DNA from: Octopus sinensis
Lineage: Eukaryota
Direction of reading: 5' to 3'
NCBI RefSeq assembly: GCF_006345805.1
Contig: NW_021826381.1
Coordinates: 1 to 13,586, forward strand
Length of the DNA stretch: 13,586 nt
Part shown: positions 1-10,075 of the stretch, in pieces
How the letters are laid out: each line of letters begins with the position of its first letter
Position numbering within the stretch: the first letter of the stretch is position 1
Notes under the pieces: generated by a model
What the model was told of the DNA's origin: nothing
What the model saw: only the letters and a program-made list of their open reading frames with translations
The model's database searches: none
Program-made: the position numbers and the translations under genes

Positions 1-705
1 TTAGAATGGCGCTATACATAGCTATGGACGACCGGAAGTTTTAAGATGTTTATGTAATGAGAAGTTTAAAGGAATGTTAAATGTGTACATTCTGCAAGCC
101 TTCTCTATGATTTGATTTAAAATTCCAATTTCTAAATCAGCCTTAACTTTAATGTAGAAGAGATTGTCTCCGCTATCATAGCTGACCACTAGGGGTATAC
201 CTCGTGTACTATGAAAAAACTCCTAAACAAATATATAGTGGTTCTGTGTACGTGTGTGTGTGTCCGCGTGCGTGCGTGCGTTTGTGTGTGTGTGTGGGGG
301 GGGGGTGACTAGGCGACTCTGAATTACAGATTGCGATCTTTCTGAAAGGCTTCCACATATTCATACAATTATAGTCATATAATTTTGATTTGATCGGAGA
401 CGGTTGCAAAGGATACAAGCCAGAACGTGGCATCGTATTCAAAACCTCGACAACTGAGACGCGTGCTTCATAGACATTCAGTTATGCCTATATGCGCACA
501 TACATACATACATACATACATACATTACATACATACATACATATGTGTGCGTGTTTATGTATCTATGCATATATTATATATATATATAATATATGCATAG
601 ATACATAAACAAGCACACACACACACACACACACACACAATATATATATATAATTATATATGTGTGTTTGTGTGTATATTTATGTATATGTGTACATATG
701 TAACA

Positions 706-851
706 GTGTGGTAAAAAGCTTTCTTCTCGACGACATGGCTGCGGGTTCAGCCCCACTGCGTGGTATCTTGGGCAAGTATTTTGTTATAACCACGGGCCGA
801 CCAAAACCTTGTGAATAAATTTGGTAGACGGAAACTGAAAGAAGCCTGTCG

Positions 852-892
<41 letters not shown>

Positions 893-1136
893 CTGTCTGT
901 CTGTCTGTGTGTGTGTGTGTGCGTACGTACGTATGTATGTATGTATGTATATGTTTGTGTGTCTGTTGTTGTCCTCCCACCATCGCTTGACAACCTAAGT
1001 AGGTGTGTTACGTCCCCTAACTTAGCGGATCGGCAAAAGAACCCGATAGAATATGTACTAGACTTACAAATTTGTTCGACTAAAGGCGGTGCTCCAGCAG
1101 TCAAATGACTGAAACAAGTAAAAGAATAAAAGAATA
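706..1136 (+). mobile_element. tRNA-derived SINE, family 1, copy A (diverged, 5' end eroded, long internal microsatellite)
   Basis: Aligns by eye with four other copies in the window: GTGTGGTAA head, GGGTTCAGCCCC B-box-like motif, CTTGGGCAAGT, GTAGACGGAAACTGAAAGAAGCC, an internal (TA)/(TG)/(TATG) tract at ~851-963, and the 3' module ending CAGTCAAATGACTGAAACAAGTAAAAGAATAAAAGAATA. Confidence 0.9.
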
Positions 1137-1148
1137 CATAAATATTTA

Positions 1149-1182
<34 letters not shown>

Positions 1183-1528
1183 GTGTGTTTGTACATATAT
1201 ATACATATATATATATATACATACGTTGTCATATACGGCTTTGTTATACATCAATATGAATTCACATATGCCTGTGTATCTATGAATGTGCATCTCTCCG
1301 TGTGTGAATATGTTGGGATGCTTGTGTGCGTGTGTGTGTATGTGTGTGTGTGTACGTGTGTGTGTGTGCGCGTGCTTGTGTACATGTCTGGTATCACCAT
1401 CAAAGATCAACAAGTGTATATTTCAGCCAAAAGAGCACGCTCTCCTGCCTCACTAACAGTACATGATATTCCCTAATCACTCCACACCTATACAAAATCC
1501 ACATATCTCTGTACTACAGACACTGACA

Positions 1529-1531
<3 letters not shown>

Positions 1532-1567
<36 letters not shown>
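1532..1567 (+). repeat. (CA)n microsatellite
   Basis: Pure AC/CA dinucleotide run read directly. Confidence 0.95.
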
Positions 1568-1570
<3 letters not shown>

Positions 1571-1670
1571 AAAACGGGAGCAACAGTCTTTAAAAACATC
1601 TGATTTACATTACTCCACTTATTCATTTGTGATTATACGATCAACACAATGACAACCAATCGACCAATTG

Positions 1671-2160
1671 CACTGGTCAACAAAATGAAACTTTTTTTTA
1701 ATCATCAGAGTTGCTGAGTGACTTTCTAGCTTAATTTTTGATGCTGATTACGAATCTGAAGTCCGATTTCCTCTATTAGGTCACATTTTCATGTTAATGA
1801 TACCTGCTGTTTTAACTTATAGGATACGTAAAGCATGTCTATATAAAGTATATTGAATACAAGATACGATAATTTCATGGCTTTTTATTGTACAAAATTA
1901 AGATTATTGTGTACAAATAAGTTAGAATACACTCAAATGCATAACAACTTAAAATCTTTGAGATTTAGACTTTCTATGGTGTTTTGTCTCAGGTTCATCC
2001 CTGTATAACATCCAACAGTATTCAGCTAACATTCCTGCATTCCAAAATCCTTAATATCCTTGTTCCATCGATGCAATATCTTGATGAAAGTGTTCCCCTT
2101 GCTCAGACACTGCTCTAAGTCTCTCTAAGGTTCTCTGCAAAGAGTTCAAGATGTGAATCA
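1671..2160 (-). mobile_element. Chapaev3 (CACTA/EnSpm-related) DNA transposon remnant: 3' terminus plus C-terminal transposase fragment
   Basis: Minus-strand translation of 2159-1949 gives DSHLELFAENL, then a 10-bp duplication frameshift, then AVSEQGEHFHQDIASMEQGY*GFWNAGMLAEYCWMLYRDEPETKHHRKSKSQRF*. This matches the remembered Chapaev3 transposase C-terminal motif HSHLDFFPENLGAVSDEQGERFHQDI...YQG.W...MLADYCW. A CACTG-starting terminus (CACTGGTCAACAAAATG) lies at 1671, where the 3' TIR is expected. Confidence 0.8.
1949..2159 (-). pseudogene. Chapaev3-like transposase C-terminal pseudogene fragment
   Basis: EQGEHFHQD and EYCW motifs, one in-frame stop (Y*G), one frameshift, and a natural-looking stop at 1949-1951. 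Confidence 0.8.
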
Positions 2161-2527
2161 ATCTCATATCAAGATAAACAGCAGATGACCTTGCAGGTGG
2201 AGCCCAGTTAGAATTTTCTTCTGGTCGAGTAACCCATCCCGCTCAAAAGGTTTCTGAATAAGGGTTCTTTAAGGATGCTGAACGAAACACCCATGTTACC
2301 AGAGGTAAACTATTCAAACCCCAAAGAATCCCTCTAAACACATGGCTATGATGCTCCCCCACTACTTCTGCTCGTGATCAGAGATGCATATATCGTCAGC
2401 CACTAAGGGACATGCTCAGCTGGTTAAGGTCAAACAACTGACAAGCAAATCTGTGGTATTGAGCAGAATATTTGCTGTAGCCCATCTTTTATACCAAGAC
2501 AAAACAATGTACAGGATAACACTTCCA
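2161..2527. repeat. Probable unclassified interspersed repeat abutting the Chapaev remnant
   Basis: Complex sequence that begins where Chapaev homology ends and stops at a (TAT)/(CAT) tract. It resembles a sequence I recall as recurrent in octopus genomes, but there is no second copy in this window. Confidence 0.35.
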
Positions 2528-2540
2528 TATTATTATTATT

Positions 2541-2582
<42 letters not shown>

Positions 2583-2599
2583 TTCATCAATCATCATCA

Positions 2600-2647
<48 letters not shown>
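2528..2647 (+). repeat. Compound trinucleotide microsatellite (TAT)n-(CAT)n-(TAT)n
   Basis: Read directly; it produces the poly-Y/poly-H ORF artefact 2384..2659. Confidence 0.95.
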
Positions 2648-2648
<1 letters not shown>

Positions 2649-3139
2649 GTAAAATGTAATTGATAATTAAGTAGACTGCTAGATGAATCCGAACAAGGAG
2701 CTTACTGTGATAGCTTAGTCTGAATCCATATTTCACACAACATTGCTGTATATCTGTATATGTGTATAGGTGTGTATGTGTGTAGGTGGGTGTGTGTGCG
2801 TGTGTATGTGTCTGTCTGTCTGCCTGTCTTTGAATGTGTGTATGTGAGTGTCTGGTTGATCGTGTGTGTATGTACATATGCACATACACATAGGGTTACA
2901 GTATAATGGAAATGTCCATGCACAAATACACGGATATATATACATACATACACACGCATATTATACACAAATATCTACTAACATGTGTGCATAGATACAG
3001 TCATAACACGCATCAACTGCTTCCGCTTGTCAATAATTCAATATTTATTTCTGATTAAATACACACATACACACACAACACACACACACACACGCATACA
3101 CACGCGTGCGCAGGCACAAATAATAACATATTAAATCGA

Positions 3140-3440
3140 TATGTCTATATATATATATATATCTATATATACATATATATATATATATTTATGTTGTATA
3201 TATATATATATTATATGATATATATATATATATATATTAATATAATATATATATATATATATATACAACATATGTAAGTGTATAGATATGCATATATAAT
3301 ATCTGTATAATCTACTTATATATATATATACATATATATATAATATATTATTATAATATATATATATATAGATATATTATATTATATATATATATACATT
3401 ATACTATGCATTATAGATATATATAGATATATTAATACAT
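3140..3440. repeat. Degenerate (TA)n tract, about 300 bp
   Basis: Nearly pure A/T alternation with interruptions. Confidence 0.9.
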
Positions 3441-4018
3441 GTTATGTGTATGCACGTAGGTATATGCTTGTGGGTGTGTGTGTGTGTGTGTGTCTTTTAC
3501 TGAGCTGAAGACGAAATAATATACAACTTATCAGTAAAACTAAATGAATAAATTGAATGTTTTTTCGATTAATGAGGTGAGCAGATGGCGACAGGTACTC
3601 ATGAATACATCTAAGCAGAGACGCAAATATGCGTACATAAGTCTTTCCTTATGTGTGTATACGTATACAGACACACACACACATGTATGTGTGCTTTCTC
3701 CCTCTGGGTGTGTGTGTGTATATTTGTTCGTGCGTACGTGTGTTTGTGTGTATGTTTGTGTATATATCTGTATAAGCTGATATTTCTCTCTGTGGCTATT
3801 CAGATAATCATGCAACGTGTGGTCAGTTTGTGTCTCTCTGAAGAATTGATGGTAGTGAGAAACAACGGACTCGGGATGTTGTAGAATTTTATCTTTGAAA
3901 TTAAAATGCGATACTTCCATTTGTAGACATCACAAACGGCTATGGGTTGATTATAGTAATCCAAAATGCTACATTGACTGTCTGTCTCTTCTGAATACTA
4001 TTCCTCTCTACAGAGCTG

Positions 4019-4275
4019 TTCCTTCTCGAGCCATGCCTGGCTCAAAAGAGCTGGTTTCCCGGTCCGTCGCAGGTGAGCTGTAAGATGCAGGAGGAAAGAG
4101 TGAGAGAAAGTTGTGGTGAAAGAGTCAGCAGAAGTTTGCAATTACCTTCTACCGGAGCCGCGTGGAGCTTAGGTGTTTCGCCCATAAACACACATATCGC
4201 CCGGTCTGAGCTTCGAACCCGCGATCCCTCGACCGCGAGTCCGCTGCTCGAACCACTAGGCCATGTGCCACCACA
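4019..4275 (-). mobile_element. tRNA-derived SINE, family 2, with a 13-bp target-site duplication
   Basis: Minus strand: A box TGGCCTAGTGG (4253-4263) and B box GGTTCGAAGC (4210-4219); the tail ends GGCATGGCTCGAGAAGGAA. Flanking direct repeats CTCTACAGAGCTG (4006-4018) and CTCTAGAGAGCTG (4276-4288) are 12/13 identical. Confidence 0.9.
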
Positions 4276-4622
4276 CTCTAGAGAGCTGGAATCTGAAGGA
4301 GCATTTACATGTACACTTCTACTAGCTAGACAATCACCAAAGAGCGTAAGGGGAAACCTCTACACTGTCTCTTAACATGCGAAAAATATCAGCTAAATCT
4401 CTCTTAATTATCACCTACATAATGAAAAATAGAAAGCTACACCGGTTAATGTAATCCTACATAAAATATTAACGATACATATATGGAACGCTTTTGATTA
4501 CAGGACAGATTGATCGTGTCTGGCCAATGGTTAAATAACAGTACTAACATTAACAACAACAACAACAACTAAAGCAGAGAATTTCAACCTAGAATTCTTT
4601 TACATCTCGACATATATATGTC

Positions 4623-5030
4623 GTAGGAGTGGCTGTGTGGTAAGTAGCTTGCTTGGCAACCACATGGTCCCGGGCTCAGTCCCACTGCATGGCACCTTGG
4701 GCAACTGCCTTCTACTATAGCCTCGGGCCGACCAAAGCCTTGTGAGTGGATTCGGTAGACGGAAACTGAAAGAAGCCCGTCGTATATATGTATGTATATA
4801 TATGTATGTGTATGTGTATGTGTTTGTCCCCCCAACATCGTTTGACAACCGATGCTGGTGTGTTTACGTCCCCTTAACTTAGCGGTTCGGCAAAAGTGAC
4901 CGATAGAATAAGTTCTAGGCTTACAAAGAATAATTTCTGGGTGGGATCTAATTGCTCACCTAAAGGCGGTGTTCCAGCATTGCCGCAGTAAAATGACTGA
5001 AAAAAATAAAAGAGTTAAAGAATAAAAAAT
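4623..5030 (+). mobile_element. tRNA-derived SINE, family 1, copy B (near full length)
   Basis: A box TGGCTGTGTGG (4630-4640), degenerate B box GGCTCAGTCC (4673-4682), CCTTGGGCAA, an internal (TA)/(TG) tract at ~4783-4826, and an AAAGAG/AAAGAA-type tail. Confidence 0.92.
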
Positions 5031-5049
5031 AAACTTTCTTATAAGTATA

Positions 5050-5930
5050 TTTTCTGAATTCACATTTGATGTCAACGATTCCTTCGAGGTAGAACCATAT
5101 TAGTTGACAAGCCTGCACAAAAATGGTCCCTATTTGTTTCAGGGATTACCTGGGCAATGACGGTTTTCAGTGAAGGTATGGCATCGCGAGGATGTTGATT
5201 AGTCTTCATTTCAGCAGCGATCCAAACCTAGTAATGTCATAGAATTTTAATCTGGTGAGTTTGGAGGCTGCAAATTGGATCTCACATGATTGTAAACGTT
5301 ATCTCACATCCATTCTTAGGTTATGTGCCTTTGTGAGAAGGTACTGAGTCTTACTAAAACATGGATGGCCTTCCACTGCGACCTTCATGTACTCTGGATT
5401 TAACAACTGTCTTCATCACCTCAACATAGTCAGTCGCATTAATTCTAAGACCTTTTGCAAAGATGTAAAGTGGCATGGCATACTCTTTTACTTGTTTCAG
5501 TCATTTGACTGCAGCCATGCTGGAGCACCGCCTTTAATCGAGCAACTCGACCCCGGGACTTATTCTTTTTTGTAAGCCCAGTACTTATTCTATCGGTCTC
5601 TTTTGCCGAACCGCTAAGTAACGGGGGACGTAAACGCACCAGCATCGGTTGTCAAGCAATGCTAGGGTGACAAACACAGACACACAAACACACACACGCA
5701 TATATATATACATATATACGACGGGCTTCTTTCAGTTTCCGTCTACCAAATCCACTCACAAGGCATTGGTCGGCCCGAGGCTATAGAAGAAGACACTTGC
5801 CCAAGATGCCACGCAGTGGGACTGAACCCAGAACCATGCGGTTGGTAAACAAGCTACTTACCACACAGCCACTCCTGCACCTTCTTTACTCACTAGTCCA
5901 AAGACCTTTTCAGTTCCAGGGCAGCCAGCC
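5050..5930 (-). mobile_element. maT-type (DD37D) Tc1/mariner transposase remnant, interrupted by SINE copy C
   Basis: Minus-strand translation across the SINE: VFGLVSKEG|DAMPLYIFAKGLRINATDYVEVMKTVVK...GRPSMF**DSVPSHK, frameshift, T*EWM*DNVYNHV..NLQPPNSPD*NSM(D)..VW..AEMKTNQHP...SLKTVIAQV...RACQ. The second catalytic D (5348-5350) and third D (5236-5238) are about 37 codons apart. Confidence 0.85.
5482..5877 (-). mobile_element. tRNA-derived SINE, family 1, copy C, inserted in the maT transposase
   Basis: Full head (CAGGAGTGGCTGTGTGG...GGGTTCAGTCCC), an internal TA/TG tract at ~5673-5718, and the complete 3' module. Removing it rejoins the transposase frame. Confidence 0.93.
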
Positions 5931-6311
5931 CCGTCTGTGATTGTCCGAGGACGGGGCCTCAAATTCTGACCAACGGAATGCCATCAGTTGAAACTCGAAC
6001 CATACGCACGTTTATTCATATTTATTCATCCTCAGTCGTAAGTTTCTTTTTAATTTGTCCCTTCCACCACCGAATAGGTAAACCTACTTACAAACCCATG
6101 ACTCCTTACAAATACACACTTGAGTATATGTATGTATATATATGCATACATATATGTGTGTTTCTGTGTGTGTATGTGTATGTGTGTGTGTTTGTATGTA
6201 CGTATCAGGCCACTGAATAACAGGCTGTTACCTCACTAATAGACATATTGAACAATTTAACCACTTTGAAGTTTAATATATATGCACGAACGTATGTGCA
6301 CAAACGTAGAT

Positions 6312-6338
6312 ACATACATACATACATACATACATACA

Positions 6339-6369
<31 letters not shown>

Positions 6370-6381
6370 GTATGTATGCGC

Positions 6382-6416
<35 letters not shown>
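6312..6416 (+). repeat. Compound (TACA)n-(CA)n microsatellite
   Basis: Read directly. Confidence 0.95.
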
Positions 6417-6421
<5 letters not shown>

Positions 6422-7613
6422 AGAGAAATATACAGATGGGACAGATAAAAAAAAAGTCGACCGCTCAGCAACTCGTTCTTGTAACGAACATTACGCTGTC
6501 TTTGCAAAAAAAAACTACTTGCCATAAACCTGGTTTGCAAGTGATCACAACTGTTGCCTTTAAACAGCGACAACAACCATAAAATGCTACAGAGACTGGT
6601 CTAATGAGGAAATGAATGATCCTTTGATTTTAAACTCATCCTCTTTAGTATGATCTTAATATCGAAAAATACATTTGCGAAAAATACATTCAATACCAAA
6701 CCCCAAATAACACTCACCCATTTACACTTCCAGACTGAAGTAGGTCCACATCATTATCGTAATACATCTGGAAGCAGAAAGATAGTTGAACTGAGTATAG
6801 GAATGGCATAGCTCAGAAAACTGGTATTGCTGTTTCTGTGATCCATCCATAGAGTGGGCCATAAAGACTACAATACTAGTTACTGACATGTCAAAGCTGT
6901 TTAAGTTATGTTTAACACTTTGTCTGTGTAATCGCTTGTCATAATTTCATCCTAAATGTCCATGCTTGTTTTCAGACATTTGGTCAGCTCTGGTTTCATA
7001 TGTTTTGAGTAATAGATAGTTTTCCTTTCATACACGCTAAGTTACTCTAGTGACTGAAGAGAATTGAAAACGCCAAATATGATGAATGATCACCAGGAAA
7101 ATACGTTTCGTGTATCACGTGTGATGCTCAGGACTGGCAAATGACTAACTGAGATGTATGACATTATGATTTAATTGTTTGATATATTCTATAAAAAAAA
7201 AGACTTTTCTATTGTACATATGTAAGCATGTTAACAAATTCCTATTAAACATTTAAACGTAGCTAAATATCCTCACCAGTACATACATTGAACCGCTATC
7301 TACCCTTGATAATAATAATAATAACTCTTCAATCTAGTATAAAGTACTGGTTCACTAATCATATATCTACAGCAAACTCTTAACGCAAGCTGCCATATTG
7401 TTGTATCAAATCACCGCAGTTCGCCATCGAAAACTAGCAAATATAAGACGTTCGACGAGCACCTTCACCTAAACTGATGAATTCTTAATATAAGTTCTTC
7501 TGTCTATGATTTTTCTGCCCTTGCTATAATTTCTATGTTGTAATTCTGAATAGGGACGGAGTGAATTAAAGACTTCAAACAAATCTATTGTATCTTTGTG
7601 ATTGTAATTTACA

Positions 7614-7696
<83 letters not shown>

Positions 7697-7700
7697 TTAT

Positions 7701-7797
<97 letters not shown>
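7614..7797 (+). repeat. (TATC)n tetranucleotide microsatellite, 46 units (44 TATC plus 2 TATT at 7694-7701)
   Basis: Counted from coordinates: 184 bp in phase. Confidence 0.97.
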
Positions 7798-8013
7798 CCA
7801 GGACAATGTAAAACACTATTAAGGTAAGAATTAATATAAGGTATTTAATTTTATAAATATAATTATAAAATTATAAGAGTAACTTCTGAGTTACCACATC
7901 TTAGAACAAGACGCCAAATGGCTCTAAAATTACCTTATTTATCACATAGATACGAGCAGTTTTTTATTTTTTACATGCTAGCTATTTGATAAAATCCTAT
8001 ACAGATTTTATCC

Positions 8014-8223
8014 TTACTCTCTCTCTTTTACTTTTTTACTTGTTTCAGTCATTTGACTGCGGCCATGCTGGAGCACCGACTTTAGTCGAGCAAATCGACC
8101 CCGGGACTTATTCTTTGTAAGCCCAGTACTTATTCTATCGGTCTCTTTTGCCGAACCGCTAAGTGACGGGGACGTAAACACACCAGCATCGGTTGTCAAG
8201 CAATGCTAGGGGGACAAACACAG

Positions 8224-8261
<38 letters not shown>

Positions 8262-8438
8262 GTATATATATATACATAAACGACAGGCTTCTTTCAGTTT
8301 CCGTCTACCAAATTCACTCACAAGGCATTGGTCGGCCCGGGGCTATAGCAGAAGACACTTGCCCAAGATGCCACACAGTGGGACTGAACCCGAAACCATG
8401 TGGTTGGTTAGCAAGCTACTTACCACACAGCCACTCCT
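8014..8438 (-). mobile_element. tRNA-derived SINE, family 1, copy E (best-preserved copy)
   Basis: Minus strand: AGGAGTGGCTGTGTGG head, GGGTTCAGTCCC B box (8380-8391), an internal TA/TG tract at ~8215-8280, and the 3' module with GTCGATTTGCTCGAC and CAGTCAAATGACTG hairpins. Confidence 0.93.
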
Positions 8439-8852
8439 TGATTATAATGATAAATATAAATTCCTTTAAACCAAATTTATTCGCTGCTGAATAATTTGGT
8501 TATTCACACGTGGCTAATATGAACGAATTAGATTTAACTTGTATATCACTGTGAACATTTGTATATACACTGTGGATGCATTGTGTTCGCATTGTATGAA
8601 TAAATGTTTATAATTATGTACCTTCGGTTATGTCATACTGGGGACGGTAAAGGGTGTTACACCCCTAAACCAGAAATCGATCTAGGGCTAAACTTTTTTT
8701 AAAATCTTTTTGTTCATTCCCTCGCTTTCGGTCCATATCTATGTGATAAATAAGGTAGTTTTAGAGCCATTTGTGTCTTCTTCTAGCTTATGACATTACT
8801 CAGTAGTGTCATTATAATTTTATAATTATATTTATAAAATTAAATACTTTAT

Positions 8853-8948
8853 AATGTATGTATGTATGTATGTATGTAGTATGGTCTGTATGTATGTATG
8901 TATGTATGTATGTATGTATGTATGTATGTATGTATGTATGTATATATA

Positions 8949-8983
<35 letters not shown>

Positions 8984-9004
8984 GATATATATATATATAC
9001 ATAT

Positions 9005-9076
<72 letters not shown>
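8853..9076 (+). repeat. Compound (TATG)n-(TA)n-(GATA)n microsatellite
   Basis: Read directly. Confidence 0.95.
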
Positions 9077-9077
<1 letters not shown>

Positions 9078-9103
9078 AAAGTAGATAGAGAGAAGTTTTT
9101 ACA

Positions 9104-9439
9104 GACGTAGGAGTAGCTGTGTGGTAAGTAGGTTGTTTACGAACCACATGGTTCCGGGTTCAGTCCAACTGCGTGGCACCTTGGGCAAGTGAGTGGATTT
9201 GGTAGACGGAAACTGAAAGAAGCCTGTCGTATATATGTATATATATGTACGTGAAGGTATATATTTGTGTGTCTGTGTTTGTCCCTGGTGTGTTTAAGTC
9301 CCCGTAACAGTTCGGCAAAAGAGACCGATAAAATAAGTATTAGGCTTACAAAGAATAAGACCAGGGGTCCATTTGCTCGACTAAAGGTGGTGCTCCAGCA
9401 TGGCCACTGTCACATGGCTGAAACAAGTAAGAGTAAAGA

Positions 9440-9441
<2 letters not shown>
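9104..9441 (+). mobile_element. tRNA-derived SINE, family 1, copy F (two internal deletions)
   Basis: GACGTAGGAGTAGCTGTGTGG head and GGGTTCAGTCC B box. Relative to copies B/C/E it lacks the segment between GGGCAAGTG and AGTGGATTTGG and the segment between TTTGTCC and CTGGTGTG. The tail is GAAACAAGTAAGAGTAAAGAG. Confidence 0.92.
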
Positions 9442-9488
<47 letters not shown>

Positions 9489-9490
9489 AT

Positions 9491-9819
9491 GAAGGCGCAT
9501 CGTCCAGTGGTTACAGAGTCGAACTTACGATCGTGAGGTCGTGAGGTTGTGAGTTCGATTCTCGGACGCTGCTCCAGTTCACTCACCTGTAGAAATGAGT
9601 CGCGATGTCACTGGTGCCAAGTTGTATAAGCCTTTACCTTTCTCTTGGATAACGTCGGTGGAGTGGAGAGGACAGGTTGGTGTGCATGGACGACTGCTGG
9701 TCTTCCATAAAAACCACCCTACGTTGTGCGTTCGCCGGTGAGGCGACATTCCGCCCGGACCTGTACCCCGGAGGGGAACCTCTTAGGTGCACGCATGGTC
9801 ATTCGTGACCAACGGAACC
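9491..9819 (+). mobile_element. tRNA-derived SINE, family 3
   Basis: Degenerate A box TCGTCCAGTGG (9500-9510), B box GTTCGATTC (9553-9561), a CCAGTTCACTCACCTGTAGAAATGAGT central segment resembling Deu/Nin-type SINE cores (recollection), and a 3' hairpin TGGTCA-TTCG-TGACCA (9796-9811). An 8-bp tandem duplication TCGTGAGG lies at 9531-9546. Confidence 0.75.
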
Positions 9820-9894
9820 AAGTATATATATATATATATATACTTGTTTTCTTTTTGGTGAAACTCTGCTAACTAGCTGCCTCTTTTAATTATG

Positions 9895-10021
9895 CGTATG
9901 TATGTATGTTATGTATGTATGCATGTATGTATGTATGTATGTATGTATGTATGTATGTATGTATGTATGTATGTATGTATGTATGTATGTACGTATGTAT
10001 GTATGTGCGTGTGTATAAGTC

Positions 10022-10055
<34 letters not shown>

Positions 10056-10075
10056 TATGTTTGTATGTATACAAA
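9895..10075 (+). repeat. Compound (TATG)n-(TA)n microsatellite
   Basis: Read directly. Confidence 0.93.

Noticed and set aside
3770-3920. Protein-like stretch MEVSHFNFKDKILQHPESVVSHYHQFFRE on the minus strand
   Set aside because: No recognisable motif, no convincing splice sites, and it runs into a microsatellite.
4300-4570. Possible old retroposon 3' end with an (AAC)n tail
   Set aside because: Only the short tail and a vague recollection support it; no head, TSD or second copy in the window.
4757-4782. GACGG-AAACTGAAAGAAGC-CCGTC stem-loop in the family-1 SINE as a ribozyme
   Set aside because: GAAAC and CTGA overlap with no room for hammerhead stems. The C/T variation among copies is explained by CpG decay, not covariation.
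5928-5957. 8-bp inverted repeat GCCCCGTC/GACGGGGC as a transposon TIR
   Set aside because: The arms are only 14 nt apart at the eroded edge of the maT remnant; it cannot delimit an element.
6663-6690. 13-bp direct repeat CGAAAAATACATT twice
   Set aside because: Simple local slippage duplication in AT-rich DNA; only two units, not a CRISPR-like or regulatory array.
7474-7480. CTGATGA at 7474 (and at 11350) as further hammerhead cores
   Set aside because: No stem II closing on GAAA downstream; chance 7-mers.
6720-7480. Acceptor-like AG sites at ~6732, ~6975 and ~7372 as exon starts
   Set aside because: Downstream frames close quickly or lack a strong donor, and the peptides are unrecognisable.
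4584-8469. Similar minus-strand ORFs (…[11 protein letters not shown]…WSARGY…) at 747, 4584/4600 and 8203, suggesting a protein family
   Set aside because: They are antisense frames of the same SINE; the similarity reflects the repeat, not coding.
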